Shown here: in pieces, positions 41,336 to 52,551 of the stretch
Layout: each line of letters opens with the position of its first letter
How positions within the stretch are numbered: the stretch's first letter is position 1
DNA from: Ascidiella aspersa
Taxonomy: Eukaryota
DNA length: 64,000 nucleotides
Direction of reading: 5' to 3'
Assembly: GCA_963924565.1 (NCBI GenBank)
Contig: OZ004612.1
Coordinates: 29,698,001 to 29,762,000 of the forward strand
Translations under genes and position numbers: made by a program
The notes under the pieces: generated by a model
What the model was told of the DNA's origin: nothing
Databases searched by the model: none
What the model saw: only the letters and a program-made list of their open reading frames with translations

Positions 41336-42104
41336 TAGCGCGTGGGACTACTGATCAAATGTTCAAGCTGACATTTCGTTTTGACAGAAATGTACCACCT
41401 TAAAAATAATGAGAACGGTTCATTACTAATTATGCTTTTGGGAGCATAATGGATGGAGGTTGTAGTAAGACGTAGCATTTTGTAAACGTTTCGTCGTTCA
41501 AAAAGCTACCTACTTCTGTATGGGCTTTGGTATTCTTAATACGTCTCCTTTTATTTTGTTGTTTTTCAACTTATAGTTTTCAACTCTGAAATTGCGCTTT
41601 TAAGAAAAAAAACTTTCTTTCCAGGCCCACTAATTTTAGCGGCTTTGTAAATACAAATGAATCGTTAAAACGAAATTATTGCCAGCTAGAGGTTGAGATA
41701 GCTCAGGCATTCAGAACTTTACAACAAACCAAGCAGCTTCGGGAAAGCCTGAATTCCCGAGTGGCCTTCTTTTCATGCAACCCTACTTAAGAACGATGAT
41801 TTGGTTCAATTACCGGCCGGAGATTTTTAATGTGGTAATTGTGTGGTTTGAAACAGTTTAGATCGATTTCAGCAAACACGCACCAAAATACCATTTAAAT
41901 GGTTTTACACGTTTTCCAAAAAAATCGCTTTACGTTAGTTATTTGCATGTTTAGGTATTTTTTTTTCCTAATTTATTTTCCTTTAGGAAATAATGGTTGG
42001 AAGTTGTAGTTAGACGTAGAATAAATACCAAAGATAATACCGAAGTAAGTATAGGTAGCATTTTGAAAACGTTTCAAATACCTATTTGTTGATTTTCTAC
42101 ATCT

Positions 42105-42243
42105 ATTTTCAAACTGATACAAGTTCGTATCGAAACGTCTTAATCAAGATGCTGTCGATCTACTCGACCTTTTTGGCTTTGAAATTTATTATTAAGCTAC
42201 ATTACAGATCCGTGCACAGTGTACCGAAGTATTTTCAAACTGA
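42105..42243 (+). repeat. Dispersed ~130-bp repeat with a hammerhead-like CUGANGA..GAAA core; copies at 7071-7190(+), 26841-26919(-), 27331-27443(-)
   Basis: Shared GATACAAGTTCGTATCGAAACGTC..TCGAT.TACTCGACC..CTTTGA..TACATTACAGATCCGTGCA; direct terminal repeat TATTTTCAAACTGA at this copy. Confidence 0.7.
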
Positions 42244-42859
42244 ATTCTAAATTATTTCGAAAGAGTCAAATACGCTACCTGCTTGTGTATGGACTCATTT
42301 ATTTTTTCCCTTGGACGTACGCAACAACTGCTATTCAGCCGTTTCCGAAGTCTATTTTCGATCAATTTAGTCGACCAAATGAACCAGAAAACGTCTTCAA
42401 AGAAAACATTTCTCTTTTTAAGAAACACCTAATGCTTACAGATGCACAACAACAGCTTTTGTAAATCAAGTAAAGACGAAAACCTCCCAAGAAAAGTTCT
42501 GTTTTAAGGAAATACTTAGTTGTATAACAACAGCTTTTCCTCTTTATTTGACATTTCTTGAGTATATTCCGAACAGAAACTACTTCTAAATCTGAAAAAT
42601 ATTTCCGCCCTTCTATGATATTTCACCTTTGCAATATAAACGCATCATAAGTTTTAATAAATGCTTAAAGTTGCACAGCAGCAGCTTTTGCCACTTTTGA
42701 CTTGTCTTTGCTTGCGTTCTGGGACGTGGTTAATTACTTCTATATCTAAATAATATGCCCTCCTTTTCTGCATTTCAACTACTACTACAGTTAACGTAAT
42801 GCATCATAATGTTGCTATTTTTGAAATATAATCCAACCGCTCGAAAACAGACTCTATAC

Positions 42860-43723
42860 CAGGGTTTCTTAACCTTTTTTACTTGGTGGCGCACGTAGAG
42901 ACATTTTAAAACGCCGTGACGCACCTTGCGGGCGAAGCGAGTGCGAAATTTTAAAGGTGTCCCGGTGTTTCTTTTAAATTGCTTGCAATATTTGGTTATA
43001 TAGGCCTAATAGTTGCATATCTTTAAAGGGACTCTAGCCTTAGGACCAAAATAAGAACAAAAGTAACTTCGGGATAAAGGATAGTTAGGAAAAAGGCGAA
43101 AACAAGACTAATACCTAATAGTCGTAATAATAACGAAATCGAAATCAGATCAAAATTGCCAAAATATTGCCTATATAACAACCTCTTGTCTAACCCCAAG
43201 CCCCACTTATAACTACCACTAATTTCCCTAATATTTTCAACCCTAACCCAATTGCTAACACCACACATTACCCGCCCATAAGCCCAAACAGGGGCAAACA
43301 TTTAGGGCCAAAACAGCGGCACCCAATTGTCGACAGCAAACATCCAATACCAAACAGTCCCCCAATCATCCCATACCCTTTCCCTACATTCTAGGAAGTT
43401 ATGCATTTTTCCGATTAATTTTGGACTTATTTCGACATATTTAAGTCTTATGTAGACTATTTTAGATCTTATTCTGTCGTGGTTATTACTACGAAGTTGG
43501 AGTTATTATATGCCGGTGGTCTCAATACTATGGTATTATATATTATCTGGTTTAGATGCGGTTGCTTTGAAGGACTTATAGTGCTTTGTACTTAAAAGTA
43601 CTGTGGAATCAATGAGGTAAGCTTAATAGAAAAGTAAAAAATAATTTTTACATATCACAAAATTTTTCCTTTGCTCGCGGCGCACCTGGCAACCTTCCAT
43701 GGCGCACCGGTTGAGAAGCGCTG
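42860..43723. mobile_element. Non-autonomous hAT (Charlie-like) element
   Basis: TIR CAGGGTTTCTTAACC / GGTTGAGAAGCGCTG; perfect TSD CTCTATAC. Confidence 0.9.
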
Positions 43724-45169
43724 CTCTATACTCTAGCAAATCTACATAAATCACACTTTGTAGGTTGTCCTGGCCCAGTTCTGTCATTTATACAAAGTAC
43801 AATATGCTAAACAGGAAGCTGTCGACCTCTGAGATGACTAGGTTAACTGGCCTATGGTGACATATGATGTCTCACTGGCGACTTGGCAAAACAAACGCTG
43901 TTGCTGCTTGGAAAAGCATATAAGCGCTTGTTAACGGACGTGACTATATAATGCAGCAGTATAAACACACTTGGAACTTCTAATTGGACGGGCACGCTCG
44001 CTCCATTCCCCAGCTGCCACTGCGACACTCACTTGGATTCGACGAAAATGCCCCTTGGCTAGAAACAAATGTGGTTCTAAATGAGAAAAAAATGAAGAAG
44101 GCCGCGTTTGATGTGGCTTTGTAAGCTGACAACACTAAATCGATCGCTCCGCGTAATCTGCATATGAAAGAAAGCGAGTGAAAGTTGTATCGCATATCTA
44201 CTTGAAAAGAAACCTGAAAAGTTGTATGCATATCTACTTGCGCTGTTTTCGGATCAAATTATCTCATATTTTTCTAGAAGAAATATTTAATATTTTATTT
44301 TTCGTTGTAACCTGAATTCCTTATACCTTCAGGGTCAACTGACTTGATAACCATTTTGTGGTTCTTCGTTGATCCTTTGCTACTGTGTTCGGATTTTTAG
44401 CGACAAATGAACAGTTATCCTATATCACAGTCAAAAGTTTATTTGTCGTAGCATTTAACTGTGTTACGCGGTTTAAAATTAACCAAAGAATGCTTGCGCA
44501 TTTATTTGTTACTTGTAAGTCGTTTAAACCCTTGAAATTGCACGCCACATGTCAATTATTCTTAAACCATTTCCTAGAGGCAATAAAAGTTACTAAGATA
44601 TTGAACATAGTTTTTGCTAGTGGTTATCAAACTTTTCCAGGTTGCGGCGCACTAACAAACCGATAAACAAATTCCCGGCGAACTTCAATCGCAAGAAAAC
44701 AATTTAATATTTTATTCTTCTTGTCATATTTAGATCATTCGCATCATTACAACGGTGGTAATTTGTCAAAAGTTGCGAACTATTTTTTGCGAGGTTTAAA
44801 ATCACTGATCGAAACACAGAATAAACCCAACGAACACCCAAATTAATTTATAACATAGGTGTTTATAACATACAAAATACAACCTCCTGCTGTGTGACCT
44901 TTGATATTCATTTTACGTCCAACTACAACCTCCAGCCATTATATTAAGATTTGTTCTAAAGTTCAAAATGTTAACTACTTCTTGGTTGGCTTGACATTCA
45001 CCCTGCATGTAACTACAACCTTCAGCCATTATGTTAAGATATATTCAATACCTTCATATCATGCCAGCTTTTCTGTATGGGCGTTGATGCCGATTCCACG
45101 TCAACCTTCAGCCATTATGCTGCTATTTTTTAATCTGTAAAATCACTTTATTAAATATTATTTTTTAAG

Positions 45170-45680
45170 TTCAAGTTCGGCTGTACTTGGCTGCTACACA
45201 AAAACCCAACAGTGTTTGTTGAGGAAGGGTAAAATGTAGTTTAAGACTATCCGGGCGAAATATTAAGTTCTTCTTTGTCACATTCAAGTTCATGTTTGGC
45301 TGTGCTCGGCTGCTCCACAAAAACCCCACAGCTTTTTTTTAGCGAGGAGCAAATATATTCTATGACTATCCGGACGAAATATTAAGTTCTTCTTTGTCAC
45401 ATTCAAGTTCAGCTGTGCTTGGCTGCTACACCAAAACCCCACAGCTTTTTTTAGCGAGGAGCAAATATATTCTAGGACTATCCGGGCGAAATATTAAGTT
45501 CCCCTTTGTCACAGTCAGGTTCCAGTTCAGCTGTGCTTGGCTGCTACACCAAAACCCCACAGCTTTTTTTAGCGAGGAGCAAATATATTCTAGGACTATC
45601 CGGGCGAAATATTAAGTTCTTCTTTGTCACATTCAAGTTCAAGTTTGGCTGTGCTCGGCTGCTACACAAAAACCCCACAG
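45170..45680. repeat. Tandem repeat, ~4 copies of a ~110-125-bp unit
   Basis: GCTGTGCTTGGCTGCTACACCAAAACCCCACAGC..GACTATCCGGGCGAAATATTAAGTTC repeated. Confidence 0.93.
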
Positions 45681-46561
45681 CGTTCCACCAGAAGGCGAAC
45701 TCGTTAGCTCGTTAATTAAACAAAGTCCCAAAGTTGAATGAGGAACTGAAATACTCTGCTATAGTGGCTTATATTAACTGCCTTTTTGCAACTATTATAT
45801 TGAATCGTCATATATATAAGGTGAAACATTATAATATTTTGAATAAATCCAATTTGCGAAACTGCTGACGTTTCTGTGTGTTTTTAATGAGAACAAATAA
45901 GGTATGACTAAAAATACTTCATATTATTAGTTTTTGTTTTTAGGAAACGTTTAATTAGAGATGACGTCACAAAGTTACATCTAAACGTGACGTCATAAAA
46001 CGTAACCTTAACAACAACACAGTTTGTTTATTTTAATAAAGTTTTGAGTTGGAGAGGTGTTTAATACAAAAGCTATATTATAAACATGTCAATATGTTAT
46101 CGATTCGCGCAAAGCTAAGAAACGCCTTTGTATCATTAAGCTGCCAATGCTTTCCGTTATATGGTGCGATAAGACGCATGACGCCTTTGTTAAGACATGG
46201 TAGAAATGAAATTCAATTGTGTTTGTAGTTAGTTACGTTGTTATAATAGGCAAAATGCATTTTTCGTGAGGAAATGGCCTCGTGGCCCGTAAGAAACGCG
46301 GCTCTTTGCAATTAACCAAGTAAAAATGCGACTTTTTGCGGTTAACGAAGTGAGAAATGTGGCTCTTTGAAATGCAATTAAATTTTGTAGTTACGTTGTT
46401 ATAATACGCAACAAATGCAGTTTTGTTGAAATGACCTCGTGGCCCGCACCTGGCTTTCATAAGTTTGCCTCGTTCAACGCGTAATACAAAGCTCTGTAAC
46501 AAAACACTTGAATTACGCTAAACGTGGTCATCCAATTACGTCATAAACTGGTACATTCGTA

Positions 46562-46836
46562 CACCGAAAGCCATTGTAGACTCACCAAATCTAACGATCA
46601 ATGATGCAAGTAAAGCAGGCTAGAAAAAGAGCGACGGTCCCGGTTTGACCAGACGTCGTAAGTTCGAACCTCACTGCAGGCTAGTTATACGAACAGGATG
46701 CAAGGCAATGGTGCTATGGCTATTTCTCGACTCGCTCCTTTCTAAGCCTGTGTAGCTCAGTTGGTAGAGCAACGGTCTCCGTATGACCGAGGTCGTGCGT
46801 TCGAACCGAACCTCACTACAGTCCAGTTGTTTTCCT
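46562..46836 (+). mobile_element. Rearranged tRNA-derived SINE-like element (tRNA-like head 46746-46824, plus a partial head and an inverted tail)
   Basis: Homology to 14111-14305 in both orientations; A and B boxes present. Confidence 0.78.
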
Positions 46837-48988
46837 GCGTCTACGATGACTCTGGTGTACTTAAGATACCTATTCAAATGCCACTTCCCTTGAGAAGGTA
46901 GAACGTTGCCAACACGCAAGGAGCAGTTTAGGACACTTTTAAATGAGCAAACATAGATTTTTAACCTCAATTCCACAGGGGTATGTGGACCGAAAATACA
47001 TTTATGTCAAATAAATGTTTTGTGCGTTTTGCAATATTGAAGTAATTAGAAATCAAGTAATTATAAATCAATTAGCGGTAATCTAAGCGCATAATTTTAT
47101 TAGCGGTTAATCTTTTATTCTTGCTATTTTCAATTTTTGTTGAAAATCGTTTTCTTTCAAATACGTAATTTTATTTATGCGTTTATTTATAAGCACCATT
47201 GCAGGTATAGATATATTACCCTTTAAATTGCCACGGTCTATGTATTCATTCTTTCATTTATCCAACGTGTAATATGACCAACAGGAAGCTGTCAGCCTGT
47301 TGAGATAGCAATGTTAACTGGCCTATGGTGGACACAGGATGTCTCTCTATAATGCTATTTAGAGTGTATAGTGACTTGTCAATACAAACGCACCCGAACA
47401 GCTTATGAAAAGGCGACAAGTGTGGTTTGCCTTTCTACTACTAACTACTGTGCTGATAGCTTATCGCAATCTGCGGTCGAAGTTGCAACGTTTGCTTTAT
47501 TCAAGTCCCACGTTGTTCGAAACCTTGTTTTCTGTGATTCTATTTAGCGACTGTGCATTTGTGTTTGCTACACCAAGGTTCGGCGATGTAGAACAGAAGT
47601 TAACCCTAAAGGTTTTCTCTATTCCCATTCTAATAATGTTTCCTGCTATGTGAAATCAGCAATCGTCACTTAAGGTCACGTACTCTAGAAAAATCGCCAA
47701 ATATAACCAATATAAAATAAATGACTCTTTCCTTCCATGTAAATTTTTCAAACATATCACGGCGGTAAACTAGACCTTATTAGTTGTTATCATAACAAAA
47801 CAATGTTAGCCATGAAGGTTTTCTTAACACATTCTAATCAAACGTTTAAGTTCTTTGTTAAATCAACGATCGTCAATTGCGATCACGTCACCGCAACATC
47901 ATATGCCAACGCAGTAAGCGTTAATTATAGCTCAGAACGTAAAAATGCGAAAAGCGATAATAGCTCAGAATGTAAAAAATATACAGAGCGCCACAGATCA
48001 CTTATGTAAGAGTGCAGGAAGCCAAGGTTCCAATAACGTTTTTGTAGGTTTCCGTCCGTGTAAATAATAATGTCACACCTAGTAAATCTTGCCACACATT
48101 TACTATAGTTGCATTCCTGCTAATTCTGAATCCTGTTTTAGCTTTACTCTTTGAAAAAGCTCACCAATATGAAACACGACAGACTTAAATATCTTACCTT
48201 TTTATTTTATATAAGCTTTGGTGTTTATTCAGTAAAAAATACCACTATTTAACTGCACTAACAAGTCTAAGCCACATATAATAGTACAATTTACAACCTT
48301 TCAACTACGTCTGCAGCTGAAACCATGCTTATAAACTAGTTATATACAAGACAAAAGAAAAAGGCATTGGTCACAGCAACGAAAGCACACGTTTGTGCAT
48401 AACAGCAATAACCTATTGCCACTCAATCATCGTTTAGTACGTTGCACGAATTCTCAGAAAGCGATTTCGACTTTTATAATAATGCGAGCCTTTTTTAACA
48501 TATAACGCATTTTTCGACTATTTGCCCTATGTTTTACCTTTAATTGTAAAAAAGGCATGAAATAGTTGGTAAAACCTGTAAAATGGCATAAAACAAGGGT
48601 TAAAAGGGCAACATCTTTTTTCAAGGCAACTTACAGCTTTTTTGCATCAAGGCTATTAACCATGATTCTATGTCGTCTTCCTTTTTCAACATCAGCCTTA
48701 AGAAAGGTTTAGCAATAAGGGTTGTACACAGGGGTAGGTTGAAATGAGTAATTACTTAATTAATTAAGGCCTTACCTAACAGTGTTCTGTAAAGCTCTTT
48801 CGGTAAAGGCCGCTTAAGTTTTATCAAGTCTTTTTTAATTTTTGTAAGGGCAATTAAAAACTTCAGCCTGTCCGAATATACAAAGTAATTTATGTCATTT
48901 GATGTGATCAGTCGCCAGTTATAGTTGCTTTTAGCTGCTTGAACGTTTGTTTCTTAATACTCTTTGTTCTTTTCTTGAAAGCCTAGCC

Positions 48989-49737
48989 CAGTGTTTCGCA
49001 ACTTATTGTGGCTTGCGGGACAGAAATTATAAATAGTTCGCGGCACCCTTGCTCGTGTTTTTGCTGAGTGGTTAACTGTTACGTTACATTAAACGAGGTT
49101 GAAACAGTGCATTTGCAACAAGTTAATAAAACCTTTTTAATTATTGCACTTTTGTCGTACAAAAAAACTTTTATCAAGAAGCTTACCAGTAGAGCAAAAA
49201 TTCCTAAAGAACTTCAGATATCTCTCGGCACCCTTAAGCGTTAAAACTGGCACCCTAGAGCAGTGTTTCTTAAACAGGTGAATGGTTCACCCCAAGGTGA
49301 ACATTTTTCTTCAGGGGTGAACCAACCAAAAGGGGTAAATAAGGATGAACCATCAGAAATGGATGACTGCTTTGTATTAAATCGACTAATGAACTGGTGT
49401 TTTTTGGATTTTTTTGCTTATTGTAATAGTGAAGTTGGTTTGCACTGAGTTTATAAGTACAAAAATTTGGTTACTGTGTTTTGTGCTCTTGTAGCTTTAT
49501 ATTTCTGGACTCGAGAAATTGTAAAATTTTAATGGTAAAACTTCGATTGAGTTGATCTTAACAAAATTCGAAACAAACTAAGTCATTTTGTGCTGTTATA
49601 TATAGACGAGATAGTTTTCTCATATCATGAGACAAGGCTGAATGAAATCTAGAGATAGATGCTAGGGGTGAACAAAACTAAAAAAGTTTAAGAAGCACTG
49701 CCCTAGAGTGCCGCGCAACCCCGGTTGAGAACCACTG
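48989..49737. mobile_element. Older hAT-type MITE hosting a nested MITE
   Basis: Termini CAGTGTTTCGCAAC / GTTGAGAACCACTG; GGCACCC subterminal motifs; TSD decayed. Confidence 0.7.
49261..49700. mobile_element. Nested hAT MITE (440 bp)
   Basis: TIR CAGTGTTTCTTAAAC / GTTTAAGAAGCACTG; perfect TSD CCCTAGAG. Confidence 0.92.
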
Positions 49738-50646
49738 TCCTTATACCTGTTTACATCGAGACTCCACACTACCTACCAGCAATTCAGGAAATCGCAATGG
49801 CCCACAATAACTGCTTCTTTAAACCTCTTATTCTCCGCCGTTTGCCACGCAATGTATCTGGCTACTGGCCGATGCTGATTCAAATGTGTAACATTGTGGT
49901 CTAGCTTTAAAGCTTTTCTCGGTGTTTTGAATACACATTGCTTTTCGGACGATTTTCGATATTTTGGTCAAAAACTATCGCGATTCGACCAAAAACCAAT
50001 AAAACTGCTGGGAATTTTTTGAAAAAAAGTTATGAAAAGGTTCAACCACCTCCAGTCGTTAAACTAGTGTTTTGATAAATGTGCCTTTTAAGGTTGAAAT
50101 CGTGTTTGATCGCAAGTTAATTATTATCACTCAAAGTCTTATTTTAAATATTGCTTAAAAAAATTGACCTTTCATTACGGATTCATTCGTAGAGGTGTGT
50201 AAACCTTCACACTTTATTTTTACCGTATTTCACTTTTAGTTTCACGCTCTTACTAGACTTGACCACCATATTCCGCATTAAACATGGTTATTCATGTTAT
50301 TACTGATTCACGGTTGTTATCCAATTTTTTTTTTTTCTGACAGATATTAACTTTAACGGATTCATTTCGTAGATGTGTAAACCTACACACTTTATTTTTA
50401 ACAGTTTTTCATTTTTGGTTCCACTTTCTTACTAGACTTGAGCACCACATTCCTATGTAGACATGTTTATTCATGTTAGCAAGGTTTCACGGCAGGACAT
50501 TTCATATTTTGTGTTGTTTTTAGCGCCCACTTTATCTTGTACCCATATCATATACATTCGTACGGTTGTGTAAAACCGTTAGCTTACCTTATTAACATTC
50601 GTCAAAGGTTTGTCACACATGCTTTTCTAAACTTGAACAAGGTAGT

Positions 50647-51209
50647 CAGGGACGGATCCAGGATTCTGTTTGAGGGACCATGAAAATTTTTAGGAATGAC
50701 GTCACACCTTACGTCATAAAACAACTAATGACAAGAACATATGATGCTTTTGAGCGAACACGTACGCAAATGTGCAGCTTAAGTGAAAACTAATTGCGCG
50801 AAGCTTGAACAAAATTTGGTTTGAATTAGCCAAGCTTTCAATTTAAAGGAACGTGAAACATAAGTCATGTACAAGAGATACGCATAGTGATGGACACATT
50901 GACATTTATAGTCTACTCAAACTAATACTGCAAAAAATAGCGTTTCTAGCTTCTTGTATTAGCTACAATATACTGAATAGATTTTATTAACAGGCAAAAC
51001 ATACAAATATTAGAAAGAACAATGTGCTATAGCTTGTATGGCACCCTCAGGCTAAATATAATTCCTTAATGACGCAGGAGAAAAAAGCATTCTAACAGGA
51101 GAAAAAAGCTTGCCCGAATCGCGAAAAAATTGTCATTTACGTAGTAAACGTTGACAAAAATATAGTTTGGTGAGGGCCATGACTTGGTGCCCCCCCTGGA
51201 CCCGCCCTG
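50647..51209. mobile_element. Non-autonomous DNA transposon (CAGGG-CGGATCCAGG type termini)
   Basis: TIR CAGGGACGGATCCAGG / CCTGGACCCGCCCTG; TSD not clearly preserved. Confidence 0.65.
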
Positions 51210-51962
51210 ATGGTTAATAAATAATCATGTTATCAAAGGGTTCGTGGCGACAAATTTTATGTTCTCGTTTGTTTACAACGCTCACCTGCTGCCGGATACT
51301 GCAACATGTTGACGGCTGCATTCGCCAGCTGCGCGTACTAGCCTAGTATTGCTCTGGTGCGCTTCTTAGTGGTTATACATTGGTTTGTGTACGGGTGGTG
51401 GTAATATTCTATTTCCTGATTTGACTGCTGATTAATTTGCCATTTTCATATGGGTTTTTTTCTGTAAACATTCTAGTAGTTGTTTTTTCACTTTTTAAGA
51501 CGGAATAATTTAATTTGAATGTAATAAAACTAAAAGATTTAGGAAACGCTTTTTATTGTACATCACCAGCACAATGTAACCATTTCTTTGTATTCATACA
51601 AATTTACTTTTCAGTAATTTAAATGCTTTAAGTTCAAACGCAACGCAAAACACTAATGCGACATATTATCGGTGGTTAAAATACAACATTGACCTTTGAT
51701 TATTTGAAGACTTGACTTCTGAAATTAGCTTAAGCACAAACTTTACCTTCATATTTACCCACCCCTCACTTTTATCTCATCTCTGTATTGTGTTTGAAAT
51801 AAATGCTATCAACATAAAAACACCAACTGTTTTACAGTTTTGCTTTTAAACGGTGCGTTACCATTTAAACTTACATACAGAATTGCGAGGCCTAATCATT
51901 TAAAGCAGATTAAACATGGCATTTTGGGCATACTTTCACAGCAAAATTGTAATAGTTTAACC

Positions 51963-52551
51963 CAGGGAGTTGGCAACCTTTTTTGCACTGCGGACCGGTT
52001 TAAAACTAACATTTTGTCGCGGACCGGCCTTAAAAAACAACAAATGTTCAGGAAAGGAAATTTATTAAAACTTTTAATGCGAACTTCATGCTTGTTTTGT
52101 CGCAAAGTGAGGCTCCCATCTAGGAATTATAGAACTTACTGAAACCAGCGAGCGGCATCCGGCCAGCCAAACAATTTAATTTAACCCATCCCGCGGCTCA
52201 TTTCAATAAAACTTTTAGGCCTTTACGTTTTTTCTTAAATTACACTTGTATACCAATATTAACAATACCTGAAAGGCATAGGATAGACATACGTACAAGG
52301 CTTGCCAGAATGGCTTTTTGAACAACAAAAATCATTTTTTTAACCTGGTTGATGTTAGAAAAATCATTTGGCTTTTTTGTCATTATGGCTATATTAAAAC
52401 GAAGGTAAATGTGTTAAATATAAAAATACATTTAATTGTTTTTGACTTTTTACCAAGTTTTTACGTACAGTTCGTGTTTAAACAAAATTTTAATCTGACA
52501 ACCCTGCTACGGACCGGTACCTGTCCGCGGGCTGGTGTTTGCCGACCACTG
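51963..52551 (+). mobile_element. Non-autonomous hAT (Charlie-like) element
   Basis: TIR CAGGGAGTTGGCAA / TTGCCGACCACTG; perfect TSD GTTTAACC; both ends homologous to 13625-14587. Confidence 0.9.

Noticed and set aside
43023-43400. CCCTAA-like motifs and a 92-aa ORF suggesting telomeric or coding sequence
   Set aside because: Only scattered motifs inside a MITE; not a telomeric array and no protein similarity recognised.
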